Source: Coniocarpon cinnabarinum
Lineage: Eukaryota
Assembly: GCA_051942205.1 (NCBI GenBank)
Contig: JAVECO010000185.1
Coordinates: forward strand, 1-44,592
Direction of reading: 5' to 3'
Length of the DNA stretch: 44,592 bases
Part shown: piece by piece, positions 1-11,504 of the stretch
Layout: every line of letters starts with the position of its first letter
Position numbering within the stretch: position 1 is the first letter of the stretch
Position numbers and translations under genes: made by a program
Notes under the pieces: model-generated
Told to the model about the DNA's origin: nothing
Databases searched by the model: none
The model's input: only the letters and a program-made list of their open reading frames with translations

Positions 1-450
1 AAAAAATCTAGATTAAATATTTATAAAACAAATTTAATAAAATTAATATTAAATCTAATAGTTACTAAATTTAACTTTTTAATTAATTAGATCTTTTTTT
101 TTATTTATTTTTTATTTTTTTACTATTAATATTACTATCTACTAAAAAATTAAAAATTTATTATAGCTTATAGCTCTAAAAAAATTATAGTTACTATTTT
201 ACTATCTTTTAGTCTTATAGTAAAAAAAGTTTTTAATAAAAAGCTTTACTAAATAATTATTTTTATAATTTATTATATATTAATATTATTAAAAGTTATT
301 ATTATACTTATAAATATAAATTTAGGCTTATAACTATTTAAATAAAGATATAGTAATAATTATTAATTAGTTAACTATTTATTAGTAGTAAAAAGTCTAA
401 GGACCTCTAAAGATAGAAGGTACCTTATTACCTTCTATATATAGTAATTA
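1..450. repeat. Extremely AT-rich, TpA-rich block; probable RIP-degraded transposon/repeat remnant, truncated by the window start
   Basis: Almost only A/T, abundant TA dinucleotides, CA and TG almost absent, stops in all frames. Composition changes sharply to normal near 450. Confidence 0.75.
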
Positions 451-817
451 TGTCACGTGACCCACAACCACCGAATTTTCCAACAAAGACCTAAGGATAT
501 CTCAACCCTAATTTGTTCTTCTGCTACCCATTCACGTCACGTGCTTGGTCTTATCTCCGACCGCCGATACGTGCCGAGTCCTCACACGCGTTGAGCGCGT
601 CAACCCGCCCTCCGTCATAACACGCTTCCTCCTCCCTTGTGCTAGACCTCACCCGTCGTCTCCCAGGCGCATTCCTCTGTCGCATACGTGTCGCTATCCT
701 TCTTCTGCTCAAATTGCGCGCTCATTGCGCTAACCCTTCGATTGCTACCCATGCCCACCACCCTTTAGCCGCTCATCCCTACTTTTTCGCTCATATCCGA
801 GACGATCGACAGCCACC

Positions 818-2190
818 ATGTATATCCGGCAGGAGCAGCTTCCCAAGCTCAAAGAGTACAAGTACTCCGGCGTCGACCGATCGCTGCTCTCCAAGTACGT
901 CCTCAAGCCCTTCTACAGCAATGTCGCCCTCAATTGGTTCCCCTTGTCTATGGCGCCCAATCTCATCACCTTGTCTGGCTTTGGCTTCGTGCTCGTCAAC
1001 CTCCTCACCATGTTCTGGTACAATCCAGGTCTTGATCGCGACTGTCCGACATGGGTTTACCTCAGCTACGCTATTGGTCTCTTTCTCTATCAGACTTTCG
1101 ATGCCGTAGACGGATCCCAGGCAAGACGAACCCACCAATCAGGGCCGCTCGGTGAGCTCTTTGACCACGGTGTCGATGCGCTCAATACGACACTCGAGAC
1201 GCTGCTTTTCGCTTCCGCGACAAACCTCGGTCAGGGCTGGAAGACGATCTTGATCATGTTCGGATGTTCTGCAACCTTCTACGTTCAGACATGGGACGAG
1301 TATCACACACACACGTTATACCTCGGCCTCGTGTCTGGCCCGGTCGAAGGCATCATGACCCTGGTCATTGTCTACGCTGCGACCGCCTTCTTGGGTGGTG
1401 GCTCGTTCTGGCAGCAATCCGTCGCCGGCACACTGGGGATCTCGAAGGACACTGTGGGAAGTTACTTATACAGCAAGGATTGGGCCGATTCGTTTATTGC
1501 TTTCGGTGCTTTGATCCTCATTTTCAATACTACTCAGAGGTGAGTTGTACGCACTACGATTGTCAATTGAGTATTAACGCAATAATCAGTGCCCTCAATG
1601 TGCTCAAGGCCCGAAAAGAGCGGAAGGAGAACCCTACAGAAGCCTTGTCGGGCTTCTTGCCGCTCCTGGCCTTATGGATCATGGTGCCGGTCTACTTGCA
1701 GCTCCAACCTACAATCCTTGAGCATCACATGGTGCCCTTCATCTTCTACATTGGGCTGATTAACGCCTACGGCGTGGGTCAGATCATCGTCGCACACCTT
1801 ACCAAGTCAGAGTTCCCACACCACAACGTACTCCTCTTGCCCCTTGCTTTTGGAATTGTGGATTCACTGGGCCCGTGGCTGCAGAGCAATGCGGGCCTCG
1901 GATGGCCGAGTCTGCTCGGAGCCGACTACCAAATCAGCTATGTTTTCATGAGTCTTGGCATCGCAATCGGTGTCTACGGTAGTTTTGTTGTCGATGTGAT
2001 CGTCTCTATTTGCGATTACTTGGACATCTGGTGTTTGACTATCAAGCACCCTTACGTTGAGGGGCAAGATGCAAAGAGCAAAACCAGAGCAATCACTGGT
2101 GGAGAGAAAATAAAACAGAGCGAGACTGCTGAGGACATTGACGGTGGTCCCAGCATGCGTTTAAGAAGCACGAGCAAAAAGCAACAATGA
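818..2190 (+). CDS. EPT1: Choline/ethanolamine phosphotransferase (CDP-alcohol phosphatidyltransferase family, EPT1/CPT1-like); exons 818-1539, 1590-2190
   Basis: YKYSGVDRS, APNLITL and the CDP-alcohol signature FDAVDGSQARRTHQSGPLGELFDHGVDA. A GTGAGT...CAG intron (1540-1589) joins the two ORFs in frame. EPT1 versus CPT1 cannot be resolved by eye. Confidence 0.93.
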
Positions 2191-2303
2191 GTCAAGTGCC
2201 ATGGCCTGACCCACAGCAGCTCTGCTACGGCCTAATTCAACCATGTACTACCACCACGCGCTATGTAGCAAGGAAGAGGCACTTGAAGCTTCCACCTTCG
2301 AGC

Positions 2304-3209
2304 TCATCTTTGATCGACCGCTTTTCGCAGCTTCAGAATCACATCGGCCGGATCTTGAGCGCCGAAGACGGCTGAGCCAGCTACGATCACGTTCGCACCC
2401 GCCGCTGCCGCTTGGTCCACGGTCTTTGGTGACAAGCCGCCGTCTACCTCAATATGAAGCTGTGGATACTTTTGCCGCAGCGCTTGCACTTTTGGAAGCT
2501 CAGAAGACATGAAACTCTGCCCTCCGAAGCCTGGCTCGACAGTCATCACCAGCACCATCTGCTTCTGTCAGCAACCGACTGACTTGCCACTCCCATGAAC
2601 CACCTACGTCTGGCACTTCGGACTTCTCCCGATTGTCCATAATATCCCACATGACGTCTACCGGCGTCTTCGGCTTGATTGCAATTCCCGCTAACATACC
2701 TTGTTCGTGCACATAGCGAATCATCTCCTTTGGACTCGTCTTGCGATCGGTCTGCTCCTCGGGCGACTCAGCAGCGGTCGAGCTCAGCGCCGCTTCGTAG
2801 TGAAAACAGTACAGGTCACACCCGGCGTTCTTGAACTCCCTGACCCATTTCTTCGGTTCCGAGATCATCATGTGGCAGTCGAACGTGCCTTTGCCATATG
2901 CGGACGACGGTCTTTGAACATATGGCCTGATTTTAGTCACTACGGGTGCGCCAAAGGTCAAGTTCGGGACGAAATGACCGTCCATCTGATTCTCACATTA
3001 GCCATATCACCAGAATTAGCTTCAGTGACGGCGTGGCAGCAAGTTGGATGCATGTAGTTTTCAGTAGAGACGAGGAACTACGTTACACATCTTACAATAT
3101 CAATGTGGAGCCAATCCGCGCCCTGGCTTATTGTGTCCTCACAAGCTGCCCCAAGTTTACTGAAGTCTGCGGACAAGATGGACGGGTTGATTACGCCCTT
3201 GGGAGCCAT
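2304..3209 (-). CDS. RPE1: Ribulose-phosphate 3-epimerase; exons 3209-3096, 2985-2608, 2558-2304
   Basis: [68 protein letters not shown]. Two GT-AG introns (3095-2986, 2607-2559). Confidence 0.96.
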
Positions 3210-3752
3210 GTTGCATTCCTCTCATGTGTAAGCTGTGCCGGTTCTCGCAAGTAGATATGCTTGCTCTCTTGCGTCGTCACTGTTGTGAGGTCCGAGTGAT
3301 TATACCTTTGAACACCGGCGATCAGGTCGCTGAGGCGCGGAACCTTGTCCCAACCCGTAATTTAGGCGCGCCCTAGAATGGTTTGGAACTACGGAAGAAA
3401 TAGAGCTTGCGCGGGAATAGATCTAGGATTTTAGTGGCCTCTAGATGCCGCGCCACGCACGCGCCAGCAATATTTAGTGAAGACCTGGGGTCGCGAGGCT
3501 GAAGTTGCTGCCGTAGATGTGAGGCAGTAATATCAGGGGTCTCAGCACCAAAGCAGGCCGAACCTTGCGAATATTATGTATCGGTCCGACATCCCTAGTC
3601 ATACAGGGAGATGCATGTAGCTGTCACGGCTATCATTACCAATCTTTGTGTCTCTTGATGTGCTTGTGGTTGTTGGTTTCCCGTGGCCATCGTAGCTCGA
3701 ATGAGGCTAGAAAACTGTCGTCGAGGATCTTTCTATAAGATCGGAACAATCC

Positions 3753-6000
3753 ATGGACGAGGGCATCGATATTCAACAGCTTGTGCGAAATCTGGGTAGT
3801 GACGATGATCCAGTGCGCAAGAAAGCTGCCTGGGATCTCTCTAGCGCAATTTCCGACCCGTCATTCGTTGACGTCTTCATTGCCAACGATGGCGTTTCGA
3901 AGCTGCGCTTTTTAGCCTTGAAGGCGTCGGGGAACACTCTTGCTTACGCACTGAATTCCTTTTCGAATCTACTGGACTTGGACCAGGGCTGGGACTGGAT
4001 TAATTCCGAGCTCATCCATAGAGTATGTCAATCTCTAATGACAAAGCCAGGTTTAGCCGTTACTGATCGCCTAGCTTGTTCATCATGTCGTTTCACAGCC
4101 TCTGGTGAACATCCAGAGAAGTGCCATTTCAATACTAGCAGCTGTCGTCTCACACCCAGCAGATGCAGACAATGCAGAAAAGTTTGGGTTCGCGGCTCTC
4201 AAGCCCGCCATTACTGCATATCCCGATTTCTTAAAGACGCTCTCCGGACGACTGTCATCCGCAGATCACTCTCTCTGCCACAATGCTTTACAATTGCTCA
4301 ATGCCATTCTGCGGGATTCAATGGCCAACGATGAGGCCGATGATTGGGATTCTCTCTTCAAAACTTACACTGATCTTGGTGTCGTGGGCTCTGTTCGTAA
4401 CCTCATGCAGGACTCTGCAGTTCAAGAACTGGCACAATCTCTTCTCGACTTTCAGCAGCTGATCAAGATGTTGCTTCTGCGCTGGAAAGAGATTCAAGTC
4501 GATTTTCACAGAAGGGATCACCGCCAGCAGATTAAATCTGTCCTTCAAGCGTCGAAGACCTCCAGTTTTGGAAGCCCGCGCGAAGACCAGTCTGACGGTG
4601 TAAACTCCGACGATGCCAAGTCAGCAGATGCAGAGCCATGGCAAAGGATCGGCTTTCAATCTGAGAAACCAGTTTCCGATTTTGGAGACACTGGGTATCT
4701 GGGCTTGCTGGACCTTTCCAATTACTCGATCAATTCTAAGGACCATTTTCAAAGGCTAATAGAAGAACAGATGTCCAAGCCCGAGGAACGCCGCTGGCCA
4801 GTTGCGCGAGCGTCGTTGTCCGTCACGTCAATCCTCTTCGACCATTTTGAGATTGACCAGGTCAAGGCAGACACAGAAGGGCAACAAAGTAATCTGGACG
4901 CGCGTGCGAGCATTGAAAAGCTTTTCAAGCCGTTACTGCTTCAGTGGGCACATTTGCATGTTGCGGGGATGCAAGCATTCTTGCGTCTCTGGGCTATTAC
5001 TAAAGCTCGCGCAGCAGACTATTCAAAGCTAGAGCTCCTGACTCGCATATTACTGGAAGAGGTAGTCGGCCTTGCACCAATCGATCGGCATATCTCCGAT
5101 GTTGAAACCGACATTGCGACCTATGATATCAAGCGTCTGCGCGAAGACCAGATGAACTTGATTGAGCTTACTCACCAGGAAGCGTGGGGTCATCACCTCA
5201 AGGGCACTGAGCATGAGTTGGAGAGTGAAGCCTCACAATTCATGAGAGAGCAGCGGATGAGGAGCTTGTTGCGGGGCTCTTGGTTTCCCCATTCCACCCA
5301 GAGCCATACACCACTTGGGACTGCTATCCCAGAGAAACAGACTGTTACATGGCGTTTTGCACGGCTGTCGCACAATCGAAGGTATCTTCATTACGATGAC
5401 TTTGATTCTAAAACGCCTGAAGACGAACCACCGGGCTTGGATGCCCTGGAATACAGCATCGATCTGTCGGTGGTGTCATCAATTGGCTCGGAAGTCGTCC
5501 CTTCAAGTCCCGTCGAAGAGCGCTCCACGACGTCGCTGAAATCTAGCACGAATGCGAGCAAGTCGTCTCTGGAGAAACAAAAGCGCGGCTCGACACAGAT
5601 ACGCATCAATGGCTTCCGACCTTCGAGCAATGCCTCAAATGAAGGGCGCAGCCGATCGTCAAAGCACCATCGCAAGGGATCTTCGAAATCCACTGTGCAG
5701 CAGAAATCGAGTAATCGCTCAGAAGAAGTACTACTGACATTGAATCCGCAGAATCAAACATTAGCCTCGGAATGGCTGGATGGCCTGCTCGCTCTGCTTG
5801 GTCAGGATCCGGTTACCAGCGAAACTACAAAGTTGATGGACTTCACGAGCAAATACGGCATGAAGATCAGGTTGTTAAACGTAAAGTTCGAAGACGCGCT
5901 AGACGGTCTGGGACCCGTGGGCGTGGATGATAAGGAGTTGAAGCTTCCCTCAAGAGAGGGACTTGATAAAGACTACTACTACGATGTGGCTGCCTTATGA
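3753..6000 (+). CDS. ELMO/CED-12 family protein (ARM-like N-terminus, ELMO domain, C-terminal PH-like domain); exons 3753-4022, 4075-6000
   Basis: SGNTLAYAL N-terminal motif, ELMO-domain motif WQRIGFQSEKPVSDFGDTGYLGLLDL, and PH-entry motif EQRMRSLLRGSWF...WRFARLSHNRRYLHY. A GTATGT...TAG intron (4023-4074) is in frame. Confidence 0.88.
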
Positions 6001-6140
6001 CGAAAGGAGTAGTCGGCTTTTTTGCTCTTGACAAAGCACGTTATTGAGGTGAGTAAGACCTTCACCGTCTCACCCAGTCGCCCATCGCGACACAAGCTAT
6101 GCCATCTTGTCGGTGCGCTGAAAGTTCCTTGTGCACACCA

Positions 6141-6644
6141 TCATGCGCAGTCCCAGTTGCGCCACTCGATCAACACTACGGACTTCGGAGGTCGGCGATC
6201 GATTCGTTCCACTCGATCTTGAGCTTTGAGCAGCGCTCCCTGGGCCTTCTGAAGCCAGAGCAATATTTCAAGGACCATGTCTCTGTACTCTGTGCCGTCG
6301 ACGATTTCGCTGCTTACTGCATCGACTTCTGCTTCGCTTCGCTTCGGGCTCTTGCGGTATTTTGCACGCTTGCTCTGGAGTCTGTTCAGGTGGCGATTGG
6401 CGTCATCATACTCATTATGGACCTCCTCTGTGCGATGCGCATTGAAGTCTCGAACAAATGCCAGATGGGCTTTGCTGAGTCGAGCGATGGTCAAGAGAGA
6501 CGTGCTGTACTCGATGTAATGCTTGTAGTTGGATGCTGCCTTCAAGGTTGTCAAGCGAGCGTACATTCGTTGCTCTAGAATCCGTGAGACCATGGATTTC
6601 GGAAGGAAGACGATGACCTCACGGCCGTTGCGTATCGTGACCAT
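6141..6644 (-). CDS. Small F-box-like array member 1 (167 aa, divergent)
   Basis: First ATG at 6644 (the track start at 6707 is TTG). FLPKSMVSRIL ... YSTSLLTIARLSKAHLAFV matches the motif shared across the array. The C-terminus looks helical and charged. Confidence 0.6.
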   Translation of the reverse strand: MVTIRNGREVIVFLPKSMVSRILEQRMYARLTTLKAASNYKHYIEYSTSLLTIARLSKAHLAFVRDFNAHRTEEVHNEYDDANRHLNRLQSKRAKYRKSPKRSEAEVDAVSSEIVDGTEYRDMVLEILLWLQKAQGALLKAQDRVERIDRRPPKSVVLIEWRNWDCA

Positions 6645-6865
6645 GGTTCGACACGTTGGCGACAATTGAGAACGAGCAGCGAAAGGCTGTTCGTTCGATG
6701 GCACCAAGTCGTGTTGGAACGCGTCAGCTGTTCAAAACTTGTTTATTTGTTGGTGCGGAAATAAGGCCTTTGCTAGCCGAACAATACCACGCTACGGGTG
6801 CCTGACACCTGCCTGAGAAGGATTCCAGAGTGAGATCACCTTCATTCGAGCGACCCACCTGCACT

Positions 6866-7381
6866 TCACGTCGAGACCGCCTCTGGTGTGGCCCCCTGAG
6901 GTGACGCAGCTAGCCGCGAGGCGGCGCCTCTGTCAAAATTTCGAAGCCATCTGCTGGCTTTTCTCAGGTCGTGGAAAATGTCCCAAACCCATCTCCGTTT
7001 TGTTTGCAACAGTCGAAATTGACGCCAAAGAGGGCTCCTCTTCACACGACTGTATTTCGAAACCAGTATCTGCAATCTGCCATGCCGCTTTCGCAGACTC
7101 TCACGCCACTCCTGGATACAATCGAGATGCGTTCGCAAAATTCTGGTAATGATCCAGTGAAGCAAGAGGCGCGAGACCGATGCACATCTCCTCAGATTTC
7201 GAATGTATGTTTTGTAGTGTCCGAACATTGGGTTATGCTTATTCCTGTCATGGTCAAGGCGCCAGATCGCGTCAATGCTCTCCAAGAGTTCGTTTAGTTT
7301 CTCATCCACTCGCAAATGGATGATGTCGACGATGAGTTCAGGTGGTAATGCCTGGACTCGCAGCTCCTCGCTATTGGACAT
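6866..7381 (-). CDS. Small F-box-like array member 2 (171 aa, very basic C-terminus)
   Basis: ALPPELIVDII ... YIRNLRRCASVSRLLLHWI; intact ORF with an ATG start. Confidence 0.72.
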   Translation of the reverse strand: MSNSEELRVQALPPELIVDIIHLRVDEKLNELLESIDAIWRLDHDRNKHNPMFGHYKTYIRNLRRCASVSRLLLHWIITRILRTHLDCIQEWRESLRKRHGRLQILVSKYSRVKRSPLWRQFRLLQTKRRWVWDIFHDLRKASRWLRNFDRGAASRLAASPQGATPEAVST

Positions 7382-7820
7382 CGTTGATCCCGCTTAGGCC
7401 ATGCCTTTATCTTGGATCACTCGTGATCTACTCAAGGACATATATACATGGAGAGCAGCAGATGAAGGACAAAATCGATGCAATTCCAGAGGTGCACAGG
7501 AGTAGCCCGCTCTATGAGCATTTCGGTTTATCACTTTCAGCTTGTCTGAGCTTTTGAACGATCAGCAGTCGCTTTAGAAGCAAGCCGTGTTCGCCCCGTG
7601 CCCTCACGCAAGCGAACTCGACAGACCGCCAAAGCTACCTCACTTAAGCACACCTATCCTTACTAACTCCTTTTAGGCAATTAACGACCGCCACCAATAA
7701 CCGCATGGTAGCGTCTCGGATCAATCGCTAAACACTGAAACCTGAGTATCGCTTTATCGACCTCCAGGCCAGCTCACAATGAATTTGGATACCCTGGTCG
7801 CTTCAGACCCGATCTCAAGT

Positions 7821-7971
7821 TCATAGCAGGCTTTGGCAGTATTTCAACACAAGTCGGCTCGAAATACAATATCCTGGACAAAATACTCCAAGTATCACTT
7901 GGTGAATCCAATCTTGCGAAGCGAGATTAGCTACTTCGCAAAAAATCTGGTCTGAGAATACATGGAGGTAA
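7821..7971 (-). pseudogene. Possible decayed relic of the F-box-like family
   Basis: Manual translation gives LPPCIL, then after a 1-nt shift DQIFCEVANL...YCISSRLVLKYCQSLL*, resembling LPPELI...SVSRLLLHWI of member 2. No intact ORF. Confidence 0.3.
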
Positions 7972-8153
7972 GATGGTCACGTGATGATTGAAATTCAAAG
8001 TATGGCAAGTTGTTTGTCTTGCTAGTTTGTGACCATTTGCGCAGACCCTGGGACCCTAAGTATCAGCTATCTTGCCATCACATCTATTGCCATCGCCTCG
8101 AGATCTGAAAACTTGAATACGGAACACGGCATCGTCTTTGATTTGGCTTTCCG

Positions 8154-8671
8154 TCAAATCCGTTCGTACATGCCCATTTGACTCCCTACGTTGATTTGAG
8201 AGAGGTTGACATGATCGCTATCCTCTCTTGCTGGCTCCGAGGTATTTGCGTTGGCCCAATTCATGCTTTCCTCAAGCTTGTCCAGTCTGAAACAACATCT
8301 TGCCAACTCATAAGCGCAGTGGAGGGCGTTAAAATAATGGTACCTATGCGCTTTTGAAGTTGCAATTGATGATGTTGCGAAGTGTTTCTGCACCAGCCAC
8401 TGCACCAACTTAAACATTGCCTTCGACACCCGGGATAAAGCAAAGGCTTGATCGACATATTTCCTTATGATCGGGTATGGGGAGGACTCTTTGTCTTCAA
8501 AGCTATCGCGGACTGCATTCTTCATGGATTCCAACATCTCCTCGGAGATGGCATTGACGATTTCAGTTGGTAATTTGGGTAATAGCTTCCCGTTGTCAGT
8601 CAGCGATATCTTTAGCAAAGTTTTATTTTCAATTAGGCGCTTACCCTCTTATTCAGATCGTGGGATGCCAT
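8154..8671 (-). CDS. Small F-box-like array member 3; exons 8671-8645, 8585-8154
   Basis: KLPTEIVNAISEEML ... YVDQAFALSRVSKAMFKLV. ATG at 8671 plus a 59-nt GTAAGC...CTGAC...AAG intron (8644-8586) gives in-frame MASHDLNKR|LLPKLPTE. Confidence 0.7.
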
Positions 8672-9331
8672 CTTTGCGACGTTCGAATCGAGAAGGTGTT
8701 TGCAAGAACCTGTCAGGATGAGGAAGAAAGAGATAGTATAACGAGTGAGGTGAGAATTCGATTGGAAGCGACTAATAAAGCTTAGTTCCTCGCGCTATTA
8801 TTCAATCTTCACCCCCACACCAACTCCAGCAGCCATACTCGCCAGCAACAACAGGCACAGTATAGCAAACCACATCATTGTAATCGCTAGCATTCATACT
8901 ACAACCGTGCTCAAATACGCTTTCTTCGACTTCTGTAGGGTGTACATAATCTCATATTGAAAGTAGAGCAAAGCTCAGTAAAGCTGCTTCCAAACGACGT
9001 CGAAATCGAGTATTTGAAGCGTCTTTTTGTGTTTGTGTAGTGATAGATGCTTAAACAACTCTATGTAGTGCTAACGGGAATAATTGTGATCTAGGCGGTT
9101 GGTGACGCCTATTGTATAATAGTAAGGTCGCTACTATGATTGCTGCTAGTACTACTACCTCATCTTCGCTCTTAAGGTCTTTTGTGTACGTTGAGATAGC
9201 GCAGAACTAGTAGTAATGGTTGTAATGTTTATTCAAAGGCAGAGGTCGTAGCGTAAGTAGCATCGAGGCGTGTGCTGCGAGGTTCATCGCCGCGGCGGTG
9301 CGACCGAAGCAAAGACATCACATCATCGATA

Positions 9332-9948
9332 TCAGCACTTTCGCAGAACCCCCGTTCTCCGCGCTCTCACGTCTCCGGTATGATCCAACTTGAAAGCCGG
9401 CGGTGGTGGCGGGGCCTGCAGGCGTATCCGGTCCCCTCTCGAGACCATCCGCTTATGATCACACTCATAAACTTCCGGCACCTTTCGCGGACGCATAAAC
9501 ACGTTGCCATCCCCGCCGGCGACCTTTTGGCTGTGGGAGACCATACACGACTCAGCGAGCTGCACCACCATCAGAACCCGTTCCCACTCCCCGAACGAAG
9601 CCCGCGTCGCGTCCCGCGTCTCCCACGGTCCAATGTCCGCAATTCTGCGGCAAACAGGCGACTCGTACCGATAATAGGAATATACATCCCATAAGGCGCA
9701 GTGAGCCGTCGAGATCACTTTGACGAAGTGTTGCAAGCTGGTCTTGGAGATTCGTGTTAGTTTGTTGATCTTGCGCTTGTAGGCCTGGACGCATTGCCTG
9801 GTGTTGGCTACGAAGGTGTCGTCGTAACTGTGGGAGCGAGAGATGTCGGAGTGCTTGAGTTGTTGAATTTTTGTTGCAGGTTTAGCTCGAGGATGGCGAA
9901 GAGGAGCTCGTTGGGGAGGCGCTGCTGGGACGACTGTTGTGGTATCAT
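9332..9948 (-). pseudogene. F-box-like array member 4, carrying a single-base frameshift near 9858-9859
   Basis: MIPQQSSQQRLPNELLFAILELNLQQKFNN lies in one frame (ORF 9808-10002). LKHSDIS...YKRKINKLTRISKTSLQHF lies in another (ORF 9332-10093). Adding one base gives a protein colinear with the 11505 paralog. Confidence 0.65.
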
Positions 9949-10467
9949 ATTGGTGTGCGAGGATTGGGGTGCTTGCGGGGTTGCGGATGATGGAACAGAC
10001 ATGTTGAGGAAGTTGTGGGATGTTTGTGAGTTTTCGGATACTGGCTTGTGAATTCGCAGCTATACGTGCGTGAGGCAATATCCTGAAACGCATATAGCGC
10101 TAGGTGAACGTTTAATACCATCAGACAGGTTGCTGAACAGCATCATCGGAGGCCAAAGTGATTAGGTGCACAGCTGCCTTCGCTACTTCTCGCGAGCATG
10201 TTTGAACAGTGCGTGTACCAATCCAGAATCGAAACAAGCAGAACAGACGCCTAAAGCTCTTCAAGATACGTCCCATTTCCATCAGACGTCCGCTGTTCCC
10301 AAGACATGGAAGGCATCCACTCTGTGCGAATGGTGTGAGCTGCAGCTGAGCAACTTCGGTCCCTCCACACTCAACGCCAATTTCTGGTCCATCATCTTCC
10401 ACATCGAGGACCTCCGATCACCCTCACAGCCACAGAATCAGCACCCCTTCCACGACATCGAGAGCCC

Positions 10468-10926
10468 TCACCTCCAAAAAGTGACCTGCCCATACGACAA
10501 CCCACCACCTCCAAGCCCCGAGCCCCGCTCCACCTCTCCCAATCGCCGATACACCTCTCCCAACCGTCCCATCATCTTAACCCACAAAATCCACTCCACC
10601 TTTCCTATACCAGGCCGCCATTCACTGCCATATTGTAAAGAGGTTGCCCACGCCGCCAACTCTTGACTCCCCGTCCGGTCAAACTCGGTGAAACATCTCT
10701 TCTCCAAAACCGCGCGGATGTAGCGGAGCCAGGTTTTGGAGACGCGGGCGATGACGAAGCAGACGCGCAGATACTCGAGGGGCAGTTCGCGGAGCTTGGC
10801 GCGGCGCCATGTGGGTTCCAGGATTCGGGGGGAATACCCGAGCTCGGTGCCTGGTTCTTCGAGGAGGATGTCGAAGACTTGTTGGATGAGCTCTGTGGGG
10901 AGATGTTGGATCGGGGGCGCTGCCAT
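10468..10926 (-). CDS. Small F-box-like array member 5 (152 aa)
   Basis: MAAPPIQHLPTELIQQVFDILL ... YLRVCFVIARVSKTWLRYI; the closest match to the canonical F-box consensus (VSKxW). ATG at 10926. Confidence 0.75.
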   Translation of the reverse strand: MAAPPIQHLPTELIQQVFDILLEEPGTELGYSPRILEPTWRRAKLRELPLEYLRVCFVIARVSKTWLRYIRAVLEKRCFTEFDRTGSQELAAWATSLQYGSEWRPGIGKVEWILWVKMMGRLGEVYRRLGEVERGSGLGGGGLSYGQVTFWR

Positions 10927-11504
10927 TTGTTTCACGGGCTAAGGTGGAGCAGCTTGAGTGAGTGAGTGTGTGAGTGAGTGGCAGGGTGCGAAGGCGCTGA
11001 TGTGGGTTTGCTTGCTGTTTGTTTTCGTCTGGATGGTGCGTGGATGCACTTTAGAAGTCTAGGAAATGTAGCTGTGCTTTTGAGGCAAGGAGGCTTCCGC
11101 GCCTTTTCGGATGTTCGAACCGCGCGCACGTTACTTGCAGCAGCTTTTGGACGCAGATGCTCGTATCCGGTTTTTGACGCTTTACGCAATTTGTGAAATT
11201 GGCCTAAGCAAGGTGGAGGTGGCGGAAATGATCGAGTTTGTGACTACCAGGCGCCACAATGATGCTTTATATTAATTATTCGTGCGGTTGAAATTGTATG
11301 TTTAGGTGCTTTTGTTACTGCTCCGATTGATTAGGTAGGTAGTGGTGTACGTTCGTCCAGCGCGAGGCACATTCTAAAGCGTTGCATCGCACATATAGCT
11401 GCATCTTCGTGGGAGGGTTAATCACGGACTCACACAGATTCTGCATTTCTTCGCCACCATAGAACCACAACACAACAACACCCAACATCCATCCCATCAT
11501 CATC

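Noticed and set aside
9949..10093. N-terminal part of the 253-aa ORF 9332-10093 as the true start
   Set aside because: The family LPxEL motif is in a different frame starting at ATG 9948, and this segment resembles the promoter/leader of the 11505 paralog.
10166..10666. 166-aa + strand ORF and other antisense ORFs over the array and housekeeping genes
   Set aside because: Shadow frames of better-supported genes on the opposite strand or in another frame.
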